A stretch of 64,000 bases of DNA, taken from NCBI GenBank assembly GCA_037447605.1, contig CM074813.1, positions 2,728,001 through 2,792,000 of the forward strand. Direction: 5' to 3'. Shown here one piece after another: positions 49,844 through 63,900 of the stretch (positions within the stretch are counted from its first letter, which is position 1; every line of letters begins with the position of its first letter). Under the pieces are notes generated by a model, which was given only the letters and a program-made list of their open reading frames with translations, made no database searches and was not told the DNA's origin. The translations under genes were made by a program, and so were the position numbers. Source of the DNA: Zygnema circumcarinatum SAG 698-1b (lineage: Eukaryota; Plantae; Zygnematophyceae).

Positions 49844-50265
49844 CAGTCGTCTTTTTTTTTTCTAAATACGAAGTAATTTACGTCCCGTTCCAAAAGTTTC
49901 CCGAAACGTCGCACAAAACCGAGAAATCGTTCCTTTTGGCAAAATTCGAAATTTTCTGCTTTTGCGGACCGCCAGTCCCTGCCAAACCAATCTCCGTACA
50001 GCGGCGTTTTGTCGTTTTTATGTACGGACGGTATCTACTCCAACCCGGGCGAGTATCTACTGTAGTACGAACCGTATTGATCTAGATCGATTCGTACGGT
50101 CCCTACGTCCCGTACGGCCTGGGTCAGCCCAGCTACTGCTGCTGCTGCACTCTCCCTTGAGAGCAGGCGGAGGCGGAGGCGGAGGCGGAGGCGGAGCAGG
50201 AGCAGGAGGGGGGAAAAAGTGGTGGCCATTTTGATACTTTGTGGACCGCATTTGGAGCAGAGAAA

Positions 50266-53200
50266 ATGTATGCAGGCTTAAGATACCTGAAAAAAATTCC
50301 AGTGATTTGGCTGCCCGGAATTTTGACCGTTTTGGCGATCTGCCTACTGCTGCTCTCTGAACGCGGTGAGTCCCTCTTGCAAGTTTAGGGTTTGGGTTTG
50401 GGTTTGAGGTTTGAGGCTTTGCAGGTTTGGAGGATTAGGATGCAGGGCTGTAAAGGAAGGGGGGGGTTGTATTTGAGGGAGATCCGAGTGCACTGAAGCA
50501 GCAAGGCCTTGAGAAGCTCATGCGCAAAGCGTCGGCTTGAGAAGAGTTGGCTGAACGGGAGAGGGAGGCATTTCAGTTTAGGGTTAATATTTTAGGGTTT
50601 GGAAGGGCAGAGAGAGAGAAGAAGAATGAATACAGGGCATAGGTCTGGGGAGGCGGGAGGGGGGAGGTGGGAGGAGGAAGTGGGAAGAGAGAGGGGTGGA
50701 GGGGGTGGAGGGGGAGGGGAGAGGGGCAGGTGGGAGGGGGGAGGGGGAGAGGGGAGGGGGAGAGGGGAGGGGGGAGGAGTGGAGGGGGAAGTGGGGAGGG
50801 GAGAGGGGAAAGGGGAGTGGGGGAAGGGGGAGGGTGAGGGGCAAATAAAAAATATTGTTTGATCCTTTCCTTCCTTTTTTCTAGGTGTCAAGAATGACGG
50901 AAAGGGAATCTCGACGCTTCTCGTGGGGCGAGAATTGGCTATCACTCTTGAACCCTCTCCAGAAGTTAGGCTCTCCTCGTTTGCTCGTTCAGAAGTGCGA
51001 GCGCTGTCTCGTCCTGTTCCCGTCCTTTCTGAACCCTCTTTACAACTACCAAACTCCTCGTCTCCAGCCTCTGAATCCCTTCTAGAGTTGCCCAGACTCC
51101 TATTTCGCCCTCCTGAACCCCCTGAAGAGTTCTCGAAAACCACTATGCCCACTCCTGAACCCTCTCCAGAACCGCCAAAACCCTCTCTTTTAAATCCTGA
51201 ACTGTCTCCAGAACTGCGAAATCTCTCGCTCCCTACTTTTGAACCTCCTTCAAACGTATCAACCCCATTTTATAAGCTTCCCCGACGGATTCGGAAGAAA
51301 TTGAGCGACAATCCTCAAAAGGCTGCGAAGAGACAACCTTTTTCGAGCAAGTGTAATATATGGAAGGGGAGATGGATCTATGATGAAAGCTATCCGCTTT
51401 GGAATTGGGAGAGTTGCGCCTTTCGAGACAAGGCGTATGATTGCATGAAAAGCGGAAGGAACGATTCAACATATATGAAAATGCGGTGGCAACCGCGCGG
51501 CTGTAACTTGCAGAGGTCAGTCAACCATGACTCATATCTGACTAATTTGAGTTCAGTCTGATCAGACAAAGGCACTTCAGATATTTGAGTTTGAGTTTGA
51601 GTTTGAGTTCGAGTTTGAGTTCGAAAATTGGTCCTGGCTGTGGACTCTTGGATCAGAGAGCTTTGTTTGCTGATTTGTGATGTATTTATAGACATGGACG
51701 TGTCACAGTGATTAAGTATGGGAGATTTCTGTGCAAGAAGTGCTTGTTCTGTTTCTGGTTCAGTTATAAGGCTAAGGATCTGTTGCCATTTCTTGAACTT
51801 AAAATTATAAGAAATCTGACAGCTGTAAGTACTCTGAAATCTCTAACAAACTGACTTAAAACTGAATACGTGGTGCATCATCAATCATCACACACACTTG
51901 CTCTTGCCCCCTACTCCCCATCTTCCATTTGCAGGGTCGTTCCTCATCTTCCCTCCCTCCCTCCCTCCCTCCCTGTCCTTGGTGGATGTTGGCGCGTTGA
52001 CCAGGTTTGACCCGGCTGACTTCCGGCGACGCATGCGTGGGCGACGCGTGGCGTTCGTGGGCGACTCCATCGGGCGCAACCAGTTCGTGTCGTTGGTCTG
52101 CATGCTCAGCCAGGGGGCCGACCACTCCCGGATACACTGGGTTAGTCACTCACTTAGTCACTCACTTAGTCACTCACTTAGTCACTCATTTAGTCAGTCG
52201 ATCAACCAGTCAGTCGGCCAGTCACTTGGTCAGTCAGTCGTTTAGTCATTCAGTCAGTCAGTCAGTCAGTCAGTCATTCAGTCAGTCAGTCAGTCAATCA
52301 GCCAGTCATTCAGTCAGTCAGTCAGTCAATCAGTCAGTCATTCAGTCAGTCAGTCAATCACTTAGCCAGTCACTTAGTCAGCCAGTCACTTAGCCAGTCA
52401 CTTAGTCAGCCAGTCACTTAGTCAGTCAGTCAATCAGTCAGTCAGTCAGTCAGTCAGTCAGTCAGTCAGCCAGTCAGTCAGTCAGGGGGGGCCCTCCCTG
52501 CCTTGCATGCGCCACTGAAAGCTCTTCCCTGGTAGCTGGTTCAGCTGCTGCTGGTGGTGGTGCAGTGGTTGCTGCCAACGAATATGCAAAGAGCAAAAAC
52601 GCATTGAATGAAAGCATGAAAGCATTGCGAACATTGTCTGTTTCACGGTAGCAGACTGTGAATGAATGACGAGACACAACGTCAGCAACATGACCATGGC
52701 AACCGACTGGACTTACCAAGTAGACGCTATTGCATGTTAGAACATGCCGTGTTTGCAACACGTAAGACCAACTGTTCTGCGGGTTTTGCTTACAGACGCA
52801 ATACAAGAAGGGGCTCCTTCGCTACAACCCTCTCGGTGCTGTAATCGAGTTTCGAGAATTCAATTTCACCATTGAATACGTGCGGTCCAACTTCCTCGTC
52901 GCCTCCATGCCTGCCCCCGAGTCTTCAGCACACAATGTAAGAGAAAAGCTCCTTCCTTCCTCGCCATGTCTCTCGTCGATGCATTGGTCATGTTCACATG
53001 CAGACCCCTTGGGGCCCCTCTTTGGGTACACACACATAGCTGCTTCATGCAACATTTCTCTGCAAAACATCTTCCCGTCACGTCACATCATGTTGTGTCA
53101 CGTCACTTCACACCACGTCTCATCATGCGTTTTCTGTCACATCCCATGTCGTATTACGTTACGTCTCCACGTCCCGGCACATCATGTCATGCCATGCCAT

Positions 53201-54701
53201 GCTGTGCTCATGTACCACTGGAGCATGCACCGTCGGCCATGCATCCATACATCCATGCATGCATGCAATGTGTGGTCGCTCATTCACTGACGATGGATGC
53301 CATGGATGGCGCGCAGGCCTCCTCCCTGCTGTTGGTGGACGAGCTCGACCGCGCGTGGGTGGAGGCCGTGGAGGGGGCGGACCTGCTCGTGGTCAACACG
53401 GGCCATTGGCTCAACAAACACAAGACATTCGAGCAGTAGGAGCCCTCCCTCTCCCTCTCCCTCTCCCTCTCTCCCTCTCCCTCTCTCCCTCCCTCTCCCT
53501 CTCTCCCTCCCTCTCCCTCTCTCCCTTTCTCCCTCTCTCCCTCTCTCCCTCTCTCCCTCTCTCCCTCTCTCCCTCTTTCCCTCCCTCTCCCTCTCCCTCT
53601 CCCTCTCTCCCTCTTTCTCTCCCTCTCCCTCTCCCTTCCCTCTCCCTCTTCCTCTCCCTCTCCCTCTCTCCCCTCTCCTCTCCCTCTCTCCCTCTCTCCC
53701 TCTCTCCCTCTTTCCCTCCCTCTCCCTCTCCCTCTCCCTCTCCCTCTCCCTCTCCCTCTCCCTCTCCCTCTCCCTCTCCCTCTCCCCCTCCTGCTCCTTC
53801 CCACTCCATCCTCACTTTCTACATTCCACGACCTTTCCTCTGTTCGTGTTGCCGTCTCGTTTCAGGTTATTGCCTTTCAGCTTTTTGTTCGTTCTCTTTC
53901 AAATGACTCTCGTCTAATTATTTTCATACAGGGTCATACAGGGGGGTCTACTTTGGAGCGAATAAATCGTTCCTGCCCGACATCGATGAGGTGAAGGCCT
54001 ATGGAATGATCATGCAGACTTTGGCTGCCTGGGCAGACCGCCCCTTCAGGCAGTCCAAGCAGAGAGTGTTCTTCCGCGCATACTCGCCCATTCACTTTGC
54101 GTGAGAGCATCCTCCCCTCCCCTCCTCTCCTCTCCTATCCCACTCCAAACATCAAGCATTCCAAAAATAAATAAAAAATGAGTAATCTATGTGGCGATTC
54201 CTTCATCTTCTTCGTCTGTTCATGATTCAAATTTGGCAGTTTTGAATAACTTACTTGCAGGGACGGAGAGTGGAATTCCGGGGGGAAATGCGTTGATTGG
54301 ATTCCCGAGCTGAATGTGAGCACGGTTGAAGGCACGCACTTCACCGCCATGGCGGAGAGCGCCATCGCCGGCATGCAGCATCATGCAATCACGTATCTCG
54401 ACATATTTCACCTCACGGCTCTGAGGAAAGATGCGCACATTGGGAGGACAGAAAAAATGTGGTACGACTGCAGGTACGGCAGCAAACAATAATCCTCCAA
54501 AACCCTAAACCCTAACCCTAAAGGATCTTCTTTCCTTCCGTTTTCATTGTGTAAACTTTACGATTAAGTTAATCTTAAACTTAATGTTGATCTCTTGGGT
54601 GGATCCATTGCAGCCATTGGTGCTTGCCGGGCTTGCCGGACACTTGGAACGAACTTTTTTATATGAGGCTGCTGCAGAAGGGCCACGCGCCGTTTGACTG
54701 A
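50266..54701 (+). CDS. Trichome birefringence-like (TBL/PMR5, PC-esterase) polysaccharide O-acetyltransferase; exons 50266-50365, 50885-51515, 52005-52140, 52796-52936, 53317-53435, 53942-54100, 54261-54473, 54614-54701
   Basis: N-terminal TM anchor, PMR5N block ([11 protein letters not shown]...YDC...[14 protein letters not shown]), [33 protein letters not shown] and DC|[16 protein letters not shown]. All phases are consistent. Confidence 0.95.
52141..52490. repeat. Intronic (TCAG)n/(TAGTCACT)n tandem repeat
   Basis: Directly visible in intron 3 of the first TBL gene. Confidence 0.9.
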
Positions 54702-55437
54702 AACGGAGGGCGTCCAAGCATGCAAATTTTTTTTTTTCAATTTTTTTCTAATAAATAAACTGTTCAATTAAGGTTTTTCATTTGGTGGGGTTTTGCAAAA
54801 TAAGTAGGTTTGCATTGGTTGACCTGTTTTTGTTATGGGTTTAATTAAATGCTCAAGCAAGGGTCCCGCTCGCCAGATGGAGATCTGAATAGCAGAAGTT
54901 TTGGATCGTGTTGAGGAGTTTAACTTTGGTTCAAGGGTAAACAATTGGATGCTTAAAACGAGTCGAGATTCATGAGTTCAACAGTGGACCCAAAGGTGGA
55001 CCGCGACTTCGATCGTGCTTGATCTGCTATTGAACCGGTCGCTGCACTGCATCGCACCATTGGTTGGGCCAACCGCTTGCAAAACCCTTGTTGCCATTTG
55101 TTTGTTTGCCTAAAAAACCTAAACCCCAAAAAACAAAACAAAACAGCCAAATTTCCTTCCGAAGTCGCCGCTTTTCGCACGCGCGAGATTTGATTTCCTT
55201 CGCGCATGCGTACTCCACATGTGACGTTAAATTTTGTTGGAAATTCGTTACGCGCTTCTGATCCATCACAGCAGCATAGACCACTCCCTGCGCAATTCAC
55301 CAATGACATGCTGTCTTTACACGTGTGAATTCCACGTCATACAATTTTATACGTGGCAAGTCGTGATTGGCTTCTATTTCCCTATTTAGAAGGTGGCCTC
55401 TTCGACATCCTTGCGAGGCTGAGTGGCGCCGCAATCC

Positions 55438-58254
55438 ATGGCGGCGCTCGAGGAGGAGGGAGAAGCCATCGCGGAGGGAGGCCCTGCAGCAGAGGAAGGG
55501 AGAAGCCATGGCGGAGAAGAAGGTGAGCAGGAGGAGGACGAGGAGGAGGAGGAGGAGGAGGAGGACGAGGATGCTCTGCTGGACCTGCTCGCCGACTCCA
55601 TGCGCAGTCGACTTTTGAACGGCGGAAGGTCCGTACAACGAGGGTCCATGTGGATTAGGGTTTGAAGATACTGTACGGGGGTTTTGCGGGCGTAGGGGTG
55701 AAGGGCTAGGGGAGTGTTGAGGGGTTTAGGATTTTAGGGTTGGGGTTTGGGTTCATGCTTGTAGGTCTTCATTTGGGGGGGGGGTGGTTGGTCTTATAAG
55801 ACCAAAACATTAGGTTTTTTGAAAGGGAAGTTCTCGGGTGGACTGCTGTCTTAATGGGGATGGGGATGGGGCTCCGTTATTCGTTTTTTGGTTTCTTTTT
55901 ATCGTTAATTATCCGAATTTAATTTGTTATAACCAATTTGTTTTATTGACAATGCTGCGACTGCAGTGATGCCACCACTAGCGCGAAGAGGGTGGAGGAG
56001 GGCCGCGTGATGTTGCTCGATGATGACTTTGATCGGTATGCTGGACCCATGCATACATACATGCATGCATGAAACTTGCGAGAATGGCGGTGAAAGATGA
56101 TGATGATGATGATGATGGTGATTGTGATGCCGATGATGATTGTTGATGATACAGATGATGAGGTAGATGGAGATCGTGTTCAGTATGGTCGAGTCTCTGC
56201 ATGCGCAGTGAGCCCCTCCAATTATTTACAAGGCGAACCCTCACAGGCTCCGTGCGTTTGCCAGTTCCGTAATCGGTGCAGGTCTGAAGATGGAGCGCTG
56301 GCGGACGAAACTGTCACATGGAAACCGGAGACAGGCCTTCTTACGGACGAGAGAGAGGGGGCGTCGCTCTCCGCCAAATTGAACGCACAGAACGTGAAAA
56401 AAAAAGGGCCCAAGTGGATATTGGAAGAAGATCTCGAAAAGAAATTGGTAGCTCCTCCAAGGGACCCTCGCAAGGAGTTGCGGGAGCAGCGGAAAAATGC
56501 GCCACAGACTGCAGGGCTGAAATGGTAAATATTAGTATGGTGAATGTTTGGTGTATTTACCCTTTGAAGATTATGAAGGGGTTCATTCGTATTTTTGCAA
56601 TTGGTTAGATGAAGCTAGTTTCACATTTGTCAGTCCCAAATAGGTTTGTAGTGCCGAAAGGGGAAGCGCGGAGGGAGGAGTTGTTGGAGAGGGAGAGAGG
56701 AGGGAGAGCTGGGGCGGATAGGTTGTGGATGAAAAGGGGAAGAGAGGAGAGGGAGAGAGGAACACAAGGGGGAGTGAGAGAGAAAGAGGGAGAGGGAGAT
56801 TGGAGAGTGGAGTTTGGAGGTGCATTTTCCAATGGGTGTTGACTGTTATCCCTTTATTTTTTTGCAGGTATGATCTTCCTGCTACAAGTCTGACTCCCGA
56901 GTTAAAGACAGAACTGCAGCTTTTGAAGGTCATCTTCTCCCATCCCTTACTCACATAAGCTTTCAAAGTGTTCCGGTTTCAAAAAGTCTTCGTGGTTGAA
57001 AAAATTTGTGTTTGTTTCTAAGGTTCTAAGGCTTAAGCATTTTTGGCTAATTGTAATTTATATGCAATTCATGTTACTAATTGCTGTTTTGCAAAAAGTA
57101 TGTTTCAGGGTTATAGCTGTCAGCACCTTTGCTAGCTTAGAGCCGTTTTTTTTCTCAAGGAATTCAAATTTGACTGAATTTTAGGTCAGGAACGCCGTTC
57201 GGTGACTAATCAGTCAAGGCTTCTTTTGCTCTTTCTTGTACCTTTTTGATGGCTGATTAAGATTAGGTTATGGCTCGGATTTTTATGTGCAGCTGAGAGG
57301 AGTTCTCGATCCAAAGCGACATTACAAGTCCGAAGACTCGAAGAAGTTTCCGAAACATTTTCAGGTCCGGATAAATTTTTCATTTCCGGACCGTTGCCTG
57401 CTGACCCTTTTTGAGAAAGCTGCTTGAGCGAAATCTTGATTTTTCTTCCCCCTTCTTTTCTTATTTTATTCTCTGTTTTTAAATTAACTTTTGTTGTACT
57501 TTCCTGCAATTGAGGCAAACAACCGACAGTTCAAATCTTACGTGTGATGAGAGTGCGAAATAATGTTTTTTTTTTGGGATATTAAGTTTCGACGGAAAGC
57601 TCTTTTATGGCATATGATGAGAACATTGAGTGAAGACCCTTATTGGGGATGAAACTCCTTTTTAATGAACTTCTCTGATGCAAGAAAGGGATCTGTCTGC
57701 GGAACTGAGGGTGCTACCAGGAAAAGGGGTTCCACTAAAAAGCAAATTAGCAAACAAAGAAAAATGAAAGGAAGCGAAACCCTAAAAACTCTTAGAAGAC
57801 CTGAACCCCGTTTTGCTGATTGTTATCTTAACTTTTTTTTTTTTCTTACAGATTGGAACCGTGGTGGAGGGAGCCGCCGACTTCTACTCGGGTCGACTCA
57901 CTCGGAAGGAACGCAAGTCCTCGTTTGCCGACGAACTGCTTCACGACTCGCAACTGAAGGAGTACAGGTGAAGCATAAAAAACCCGACCTTTCTGTAAAT
58001 CTGACATTCGTAAATTTATGTAAAATTGAAGGGGATATAAAGAAATTAAAGAAGCAAGTAAAGCTATAATAGGGCACACAGACCTATTTACTTTGAAAAA
58101 AGTCAAATCAAAAAATCTTCTCCAACCCTTGTTTCTCTATGGGGTGTGCAGGAAGCGGAAGTATTCAGAGATTCAAGCAGAGAAGGACCGAGGCAGCCGC
58201 CGGCACTTGAAGAAGCAAAAGGAAAAAAGGAAACCGAAGTGGGCCCGCCCTTAA
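55438..58254 (+). CDS. FCF2: rRNA-processing protein FCF2; exons 55438-55628, 56282-56524, 56868-56928, 57293-57364, 57852-57967, 58152-58254
   Basis: TAGLKW|YDLPATSLTPELKTELQLLK|LRGVLDPKRHYK...PKHFQ|IGTVVEGAADFYSGRLTRKERK..FADELL is the Fcf2 domain. Acidic N-terminus; the first two exon borders are less certain. Confidence 0.9.
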
Positions 58255-58659
58255 AGTCCCTTCCTTCACCTTATATTTTCCCATTTTTTTTTTGGGGGGG
58301 GGGGAGGGGGGAGGGGGGGGGGAGGAAGGGGGAAGGTGGGGCTCCGAGATATCTCTCTAGTATGTGCTTTTAAAGATCATCATTTTGTGGGCGGCCATGT
58401 AAAGATTAGAGCGAGCTCACTTGTGCGCCATGCCTCGGTTTTTTGTTGAAGAAGTGGGTACGGAAATATGTGCGCAGTTTTGCGATGGAATAAAGAGCTG
58501 TCTAAGGGACGAAGTTAAGGCATTGGTTGAGGGACTTCGGCAACCTTTGGTATTGATTGTTGCAACCATTGGCTACCAAGGTGGCAAACAAACACTGACT
58601 GCATTGCGATTGGTTTGTTGTAATAGTGAAGTTGACTGCGCCAGTGAAAAGGCCAAACC

Positions 58660-58735
58660 GTCAATGCAAGCAATGGTTGGCGACAATGGTTGGTGACAAT
58701 GGTTGGTGGCAATGGTTGGCAACATTGGTTGGCTT
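58660..58735. repeat. Short (CAATGGTTGG)-type tandem repeat
   Basis: About five imperfect copies of caatggttgg with 1-3 nt spacers; related motifs are scattered over 58560-58890. Confidence 0.7.
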
Positions 58736-59380
58736 GCATTTAGTTGTTTTTGAGCCAACGGTTTTTTTGAAACCGCTGGCGTGGTTGGTTTAGCCGTCAG
58801 TTGGTGGGTATAGCCAATATTAGTCAACCGCTGGATCAATGGTTGGGCAGTACTGTAATCTTCAAAAAAACGGTCTACGAACCAATGGTGTGCGGTTGCA
58901 ACGCAATAAGACACGTGGACCAATGGTACGCGGCCCTTGTTCAAGAGCCACAACACGAGATTTCCGTTTTGTCGTTTAGCGGAGATCGTGGTCCCGTGGG
59001 GCGTCATCCATCGACAGTGACGCCCGAAAGCGGGACTAACTAGATGTGTAGGTCGGCATGTAGGTCGATGCTTAGGTCGGCGCCGGCACTTTGGACACTT
59101 CTGCAACGAGGACAGTAATAGCCACAGTAAAACAACAAACGGAACTGCGACAAAGAAACAAACCAGCACTAGAGACCACAACAGATCGCCACGTGGCAGC
59201 ATTCTGGGCGTTCGTCCGCTAGTGGTCTCCTCGCGTCGCGTGCGGACCGGCTTTGGGCTTTCCACGAGACACTTTGCCGTCTAGCGGGACCGGACAAAGG
59301 GAGGTTGTTAACTGCTCAGAAGCAGACAAAAACTAGATTCTGCCGTACCTTTTACATCCTGGCGTTTACCTAAAGAATAA

Positions 59381-60325
59381 GGGTAGTGATATTTCCACCC
59401 CTTTTTTGGATCCAAACACCCCTTCCCGGCCGGGCAGATTTCAAAAGGGATTAAAAACGGAAAATGTTTTTTCACACCTTTTTGGAATCGATACCCACCT
59501 TCTTCCGTCGGCTGATTTTATTTTTGCTAACCAAGGAAAATGATACCCCGTCACCGCATTTTGAATACTGTATCCCGCCTCCCTGAATTTTTTTTTTGAG
59601 GGAAAGAAATATCTGCCTGCTCGAATCCGCTCGGAGCGGAAGATCCGTCCTCCACGAGATCGTTCGCGGGTGTCCGTCCTTCACACGTGCATGTCAATCG
59701 CATCTGTCGATTTCCCTCGCAGATCGCACCACTGCAGATCACCGTTCGATCTGGAGCCGGGCTCGATCTCAGCGAATGGAAAGCGCCCACGAGTCCCGTC
59801 AAAGCCGGATCGCTCGTGCGAGTGCGCGCGTCCCTCGGCCCGAGATCTCGTCATTGTCAGCTTCCAGCCAATCAACTTCTGCCACGTGATACATATCGAC
59901 GTGGAAATTTTTGATTGGTTCAAGCTCTCAATGTATTTTGGGTTCCTCAAAGTTGCAACCATACGACATTTGTACGGACAACTTTTTGAGACGAGTTTGG
60001 CGGGATACGTGGGCACGTGCCATTCGCTGTGACCTTGCCCGGCTGCAGAGCAAATAGTGATCTGCCGTGTTGCGATCTGCGAGGGAATCGACGGCTGCGA
60101 TTGACCGCACGCGTGAAAAAAAAAATTCAGGTAGGCGGGATATTCAAAATGGGGTGACGGGTTATCATTTTCCTTCATTCGCAAAAATAAAATCTGCCGA
60201 TAGAGGGTGGGTATCGATTCCAAAAAGGTGTGAAAAAAGCATTTTCCGTTTTTAATCCTTTTTGAAATCTGCCCGGCCGGGAAGGGGTGTTTGGATCCAA
60301 AAAAGGGGTGGAAATATCACTACCC
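59381..60325. mobile_element. Non-autonomous long-TIR DNA transposon (Mutator-like), 945 bp, 8-bp TSD
   Basis: TIRs GGGTAGTGATATTTCCACCCC... at 59381-59598 and 60114-60325 are highly similar, and a second inverted block (59680-59765 versus 60032-60116) extends them. TSD AAGAATAA at 59373-59380 and 60326-60333. The superfamily is inferred from TIR length and G termini. Confidence 0.85.
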
Positions 60326-60974
60326 AAGAATAAAAGAGGAACTGCCGGGCGGGCGGCCAAAAAAAAACCCACCACCGAAATTCAGCCCTGATTGGCGGGC
60401 AAATGTCAGTGTGCATGCGATTCTGGTATGACAGTTGTGACATATCGTACGGCCCAGCTGGACCTAGAAAATGCATAGGGACAAAAGTCAAGTCGTCGGT
60501 TAGTCGGTAGGAACCGTACGACCGAAAGGTCGTTCCCCGTCTACGGAAATTGGAAAGTACGAAAGGACGGGATTTGAATTTCGAGTCAGCCACTCGGAAA
60601 AAATGGCCTCCACAGAAGGCCGGTGGGGCCCGCCAGCGGTCGCGGGCGGAGGGAGAAATTCAGGAGACGTGTTTTTTGTAATGGGCGAATTGTGTGGCTT
60701 CTGGGACATGCTCTGAGCGGGCACAGAGGGAGAGAGAGACATAGAGAGAGAGGACGAGAGAGAGCGAGATAGAGAGAGGGAGAGAGAGAGAGAGAGAGGG
60801 AGAGAGAGAGCGAGCGAGAGAGAGAGAGGGAGAGAGAGCGAGAGAGAAATATAGAGAAATAGGGAGAGAGAGAAAGATAGAAACAGAGGGAGAGAGAGAG
60901 ATAGAGAGCGAGAGAGAGAGAGAGAGATAGTGAAAGAGGGAGAGAGAGAAAGAGAGGGAGAGGGGAGGCATGCC

Positions 60975-63900
60975 ATGGCCATGGCGGAGCTTTGGAGCGG
61001 ATTTAAGGGACTTGGGATTATCGGAATTCTGACTTTTATGTTATTGGCGACCTTCGAACGAGGTAAGCCTCTCCGTGGCAGATTGTATGTTGGGAAATGC
61101 AGGGATGGGGCTGTGGTGGGGAAGAGGTTGGGCGGGGATTGAAACGTGGGGAATCCTATCAGAATGAAGCTCACATGAACGAGAGGAGGTAGCGGACGAG
61201 AGAGGGGAAAGTGGAAGCTTAGGAAGAGGTGGATCTATGGTTGCTTGGGATCTCAGGCCTCCCCTCAGCATTTGGAAAGCTGTCAGCCATTGATCGTCTT
61301 TGAAGGTTGAATAGCAAAAATACACATACTAGAATTTCAGATTTGTTTTCCTAACTCATCGGTCAGCCCCATCTGAACTAAAATCTTCGTTCCGCCCCTT
61401 GGCTTAGGGTCCAGATTCGGGAGGGCTGAGGGCTTAGGGAGAGGGACAGAGGGAGAGAGATGGAAGCAAGCAAAGCTTGGAGGAGGAAGGGGAGGAAAAG
61501 GGGAAAGGGAGATATTTTTGGGGGGGGTGGCGGGGGGAGGGGGGGGGTGGTGGAGAGGGTGGTTATAAGGAGTGGTGTAGAAGAAGTCTGAAGGAAAAAT
61601 GTGGAGGAACGGGGGGCGGAGGGGGAGAGAGTAGAAGTGAGGAGGAGATTGGATGCGGAGGGGGGTGGGGGGTTCGGTAGATCGGGGTGAAGGAATGGGA
61701 GGGGCGAGAAGAGGAGAGGAAGAAAGGGGAGGAGGGAGAAGAGAAGGGCGAGGGGTAGAACGGGCTGGAGAGGGGGAGGAGGGAGAGGGAAGAAGGGAGG
61801 GTGGAGGGGGCGAGGTGTGGAGGGAGGGAGAATGGAGGGTGGAGTGGAAGAGGGAAAGCGAGGGAACACGGGAGAAGAGTGGGCGGAGGGGAAGGCGAGA
61901 GAGGGAGCTTTGAGAGTGCATTTGGGAGAGAGAGGTACGAGAAGATAGTAATGTCTTAATCTCTGCGTTCTTCTCGTTCTCCATTTTTTTTTGGCATTCA
62001 TTTGTTTTGGGTCTCCCATGTTGGTTTGATGCTTCAGATGCCGGTGATGGACGGGATCAAAGCCACGAAGCAGACCTTTTCCATGTGGCCCACGATGGAC
62101 AAGCAGCATGGCTAGAAACATCTCAAAAACCGCCAGAACCTTCCCTCTCCTCCTCTTCCTCTCCCTCTCCCTCCCTCTCGGGACCTTCAGCACCCAATGA
62201 TAAGTTCCTCAAATGGGTACAGAAGCACATGCAGGATGATCCCAAAAGAGCCGCGAGCAGAAAACCTTTTTCAAACAAGTGTAAATTATGGACGGGTCGA
62301 TGGGTTTACGATGAAACTTATCCGCTTTGGAATTGGGAAGACTGCCCTATCAAAGATGGGTCCTATACTTGCCAGAAATTCGGACGGGAAGACATGACAT
62401 ATATGAAGATGAGGTGGCAACCTGACGGCTGCAACATCAGCAGGTCAGCAGGGCAGGGCATAAGTCTCAATTTTCGAATTCAATTTTTGAATCGAGCACC
62501 ATCTGGTAGAGAAGTCTGAAAACTTGAATCTGAGAACAAGAAGTAACCTCTGGCAATCTCTCGAGAATGCAGGTTTGACCCGGCTGAATTCCGGCGACGC
62601 ATGCGCGGGCGGAGAATAGCATTCGTCGGAGACTCCATTGGCCGCAACCAGTACATATCGTTGGTCTGCATGCTTAGCCAGGGGGCCGACCACTCCCGGA
62701 TACATAAGGTGAGTTTGTTGTGCCCTATCATCACTGCCTCTCTCACATGCAATAGGTAATTTCGACGAAAGGCAATCAGTGGCTAACATTTTCTCAAAAT
62801 CTGATTGAAGCTTGCCCCCCCCTAACTAAACCGTGGATCGGCCTCTGTGCCACCGCAATATGGAACCACCTCAATTTAGACACACACACACATGCACATT
62901 CCCACACAGAAGCACATTGGAAAACGCATCTGCAACTTGTCGTCATCACGACAGTCGCACCTTAGTGAACGACCCACATCCATTTCAATCTTTTTTCCAT
63001 GCTGCGTCCTTGTAAGCAACTGTACTTGGAACGGGTGCATGCAGAATCCATACACAAGTGGGCCCCTCACCAATGATCCCATTAGTGCTGTTGTCGAGTT
63101 TGAGGAGTACAATTTCACTGTTGAGTATGTGCGGAACAACTTCCTCGTTGACTCAATGCCCGTTCCTGAATCTCCGACTCATAATGTAAGGGGCGACACT
63201 CCTTTATTATGATCATGACTCTCCTCTTCAGCACGATCCATGTTCACATCTTGCCCGTGTTTGCTTCAGTCATCGCAGCAGCTTCACTTACCTCTGCCAC
63301 TCCTTTGGGACAGGTGTCATCGCTGCTGCTGTTGGACCAACTCAACCAAACGTGGGTCCAACAATTGGAAGGGGCAGACCTCTTGGTGTTCAATCTCGGC
63401 CATTGGCTGAACAAATACAAAACTGTTGACAAGTAAGTTGCTTCCTCTCTCGCACATAACTTCCTCATTCCTCTTACAAAATTCCTTTATTTTTCGCGTT
63501 TGTTGGCTCACATTCCCCGCTATCAACAGAAGGTATCAATCTTAGCAAGACAGCACTGAACGGCCCATTGTAGTGGAGTGGTTGCTCAGGGGGGTCTATT
63601 TCGGAGTGAATGGAACGTTTCGGCCCGACATAGACGAAGTGGCGGCATATGGAATGATTATGAAGAGCTTGGCTGCCTGGGCAGACAGTGCCGCCGAGAA
63701 GAAGGCAGGGAGAAGGGTGTTCTTCCGCGCACACTCGCCCCTTCACTTCGAGTGAGCAGCACCCTCCCCCTCCCCCTCCCNNNNNNNNNNCTCCTCCCCC
63801 GCCCCATGCATGCATGCTGCCTTCACTAAGTAGGGAACTCGCGCAACAGTAGTGATAAGAATGCCAAGCCAAGCGACCAATCAATGGGCCTCGCTTGTCT

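Noticed and set aside
54950-55400. Possible small minus-strand gene (MSLVNCAGSGLCCCDG...) between TBL1 and FCF2
   Set aside because: No recognisable motif or convincing splice structure; it is more likely FCF2 promoter or intergenic sequence.
35804-63440. Many E/G/R-rich and S/L/P-rich ORFs (for example 35804-36205, 45155-45550, 48122-48871, 53280-53917, 60500-61174, 61337-62193)
   Set aside because: They overlap (GA)n/(CT)n-like intronic or UTR low-complexity tracts of the modelled genes.
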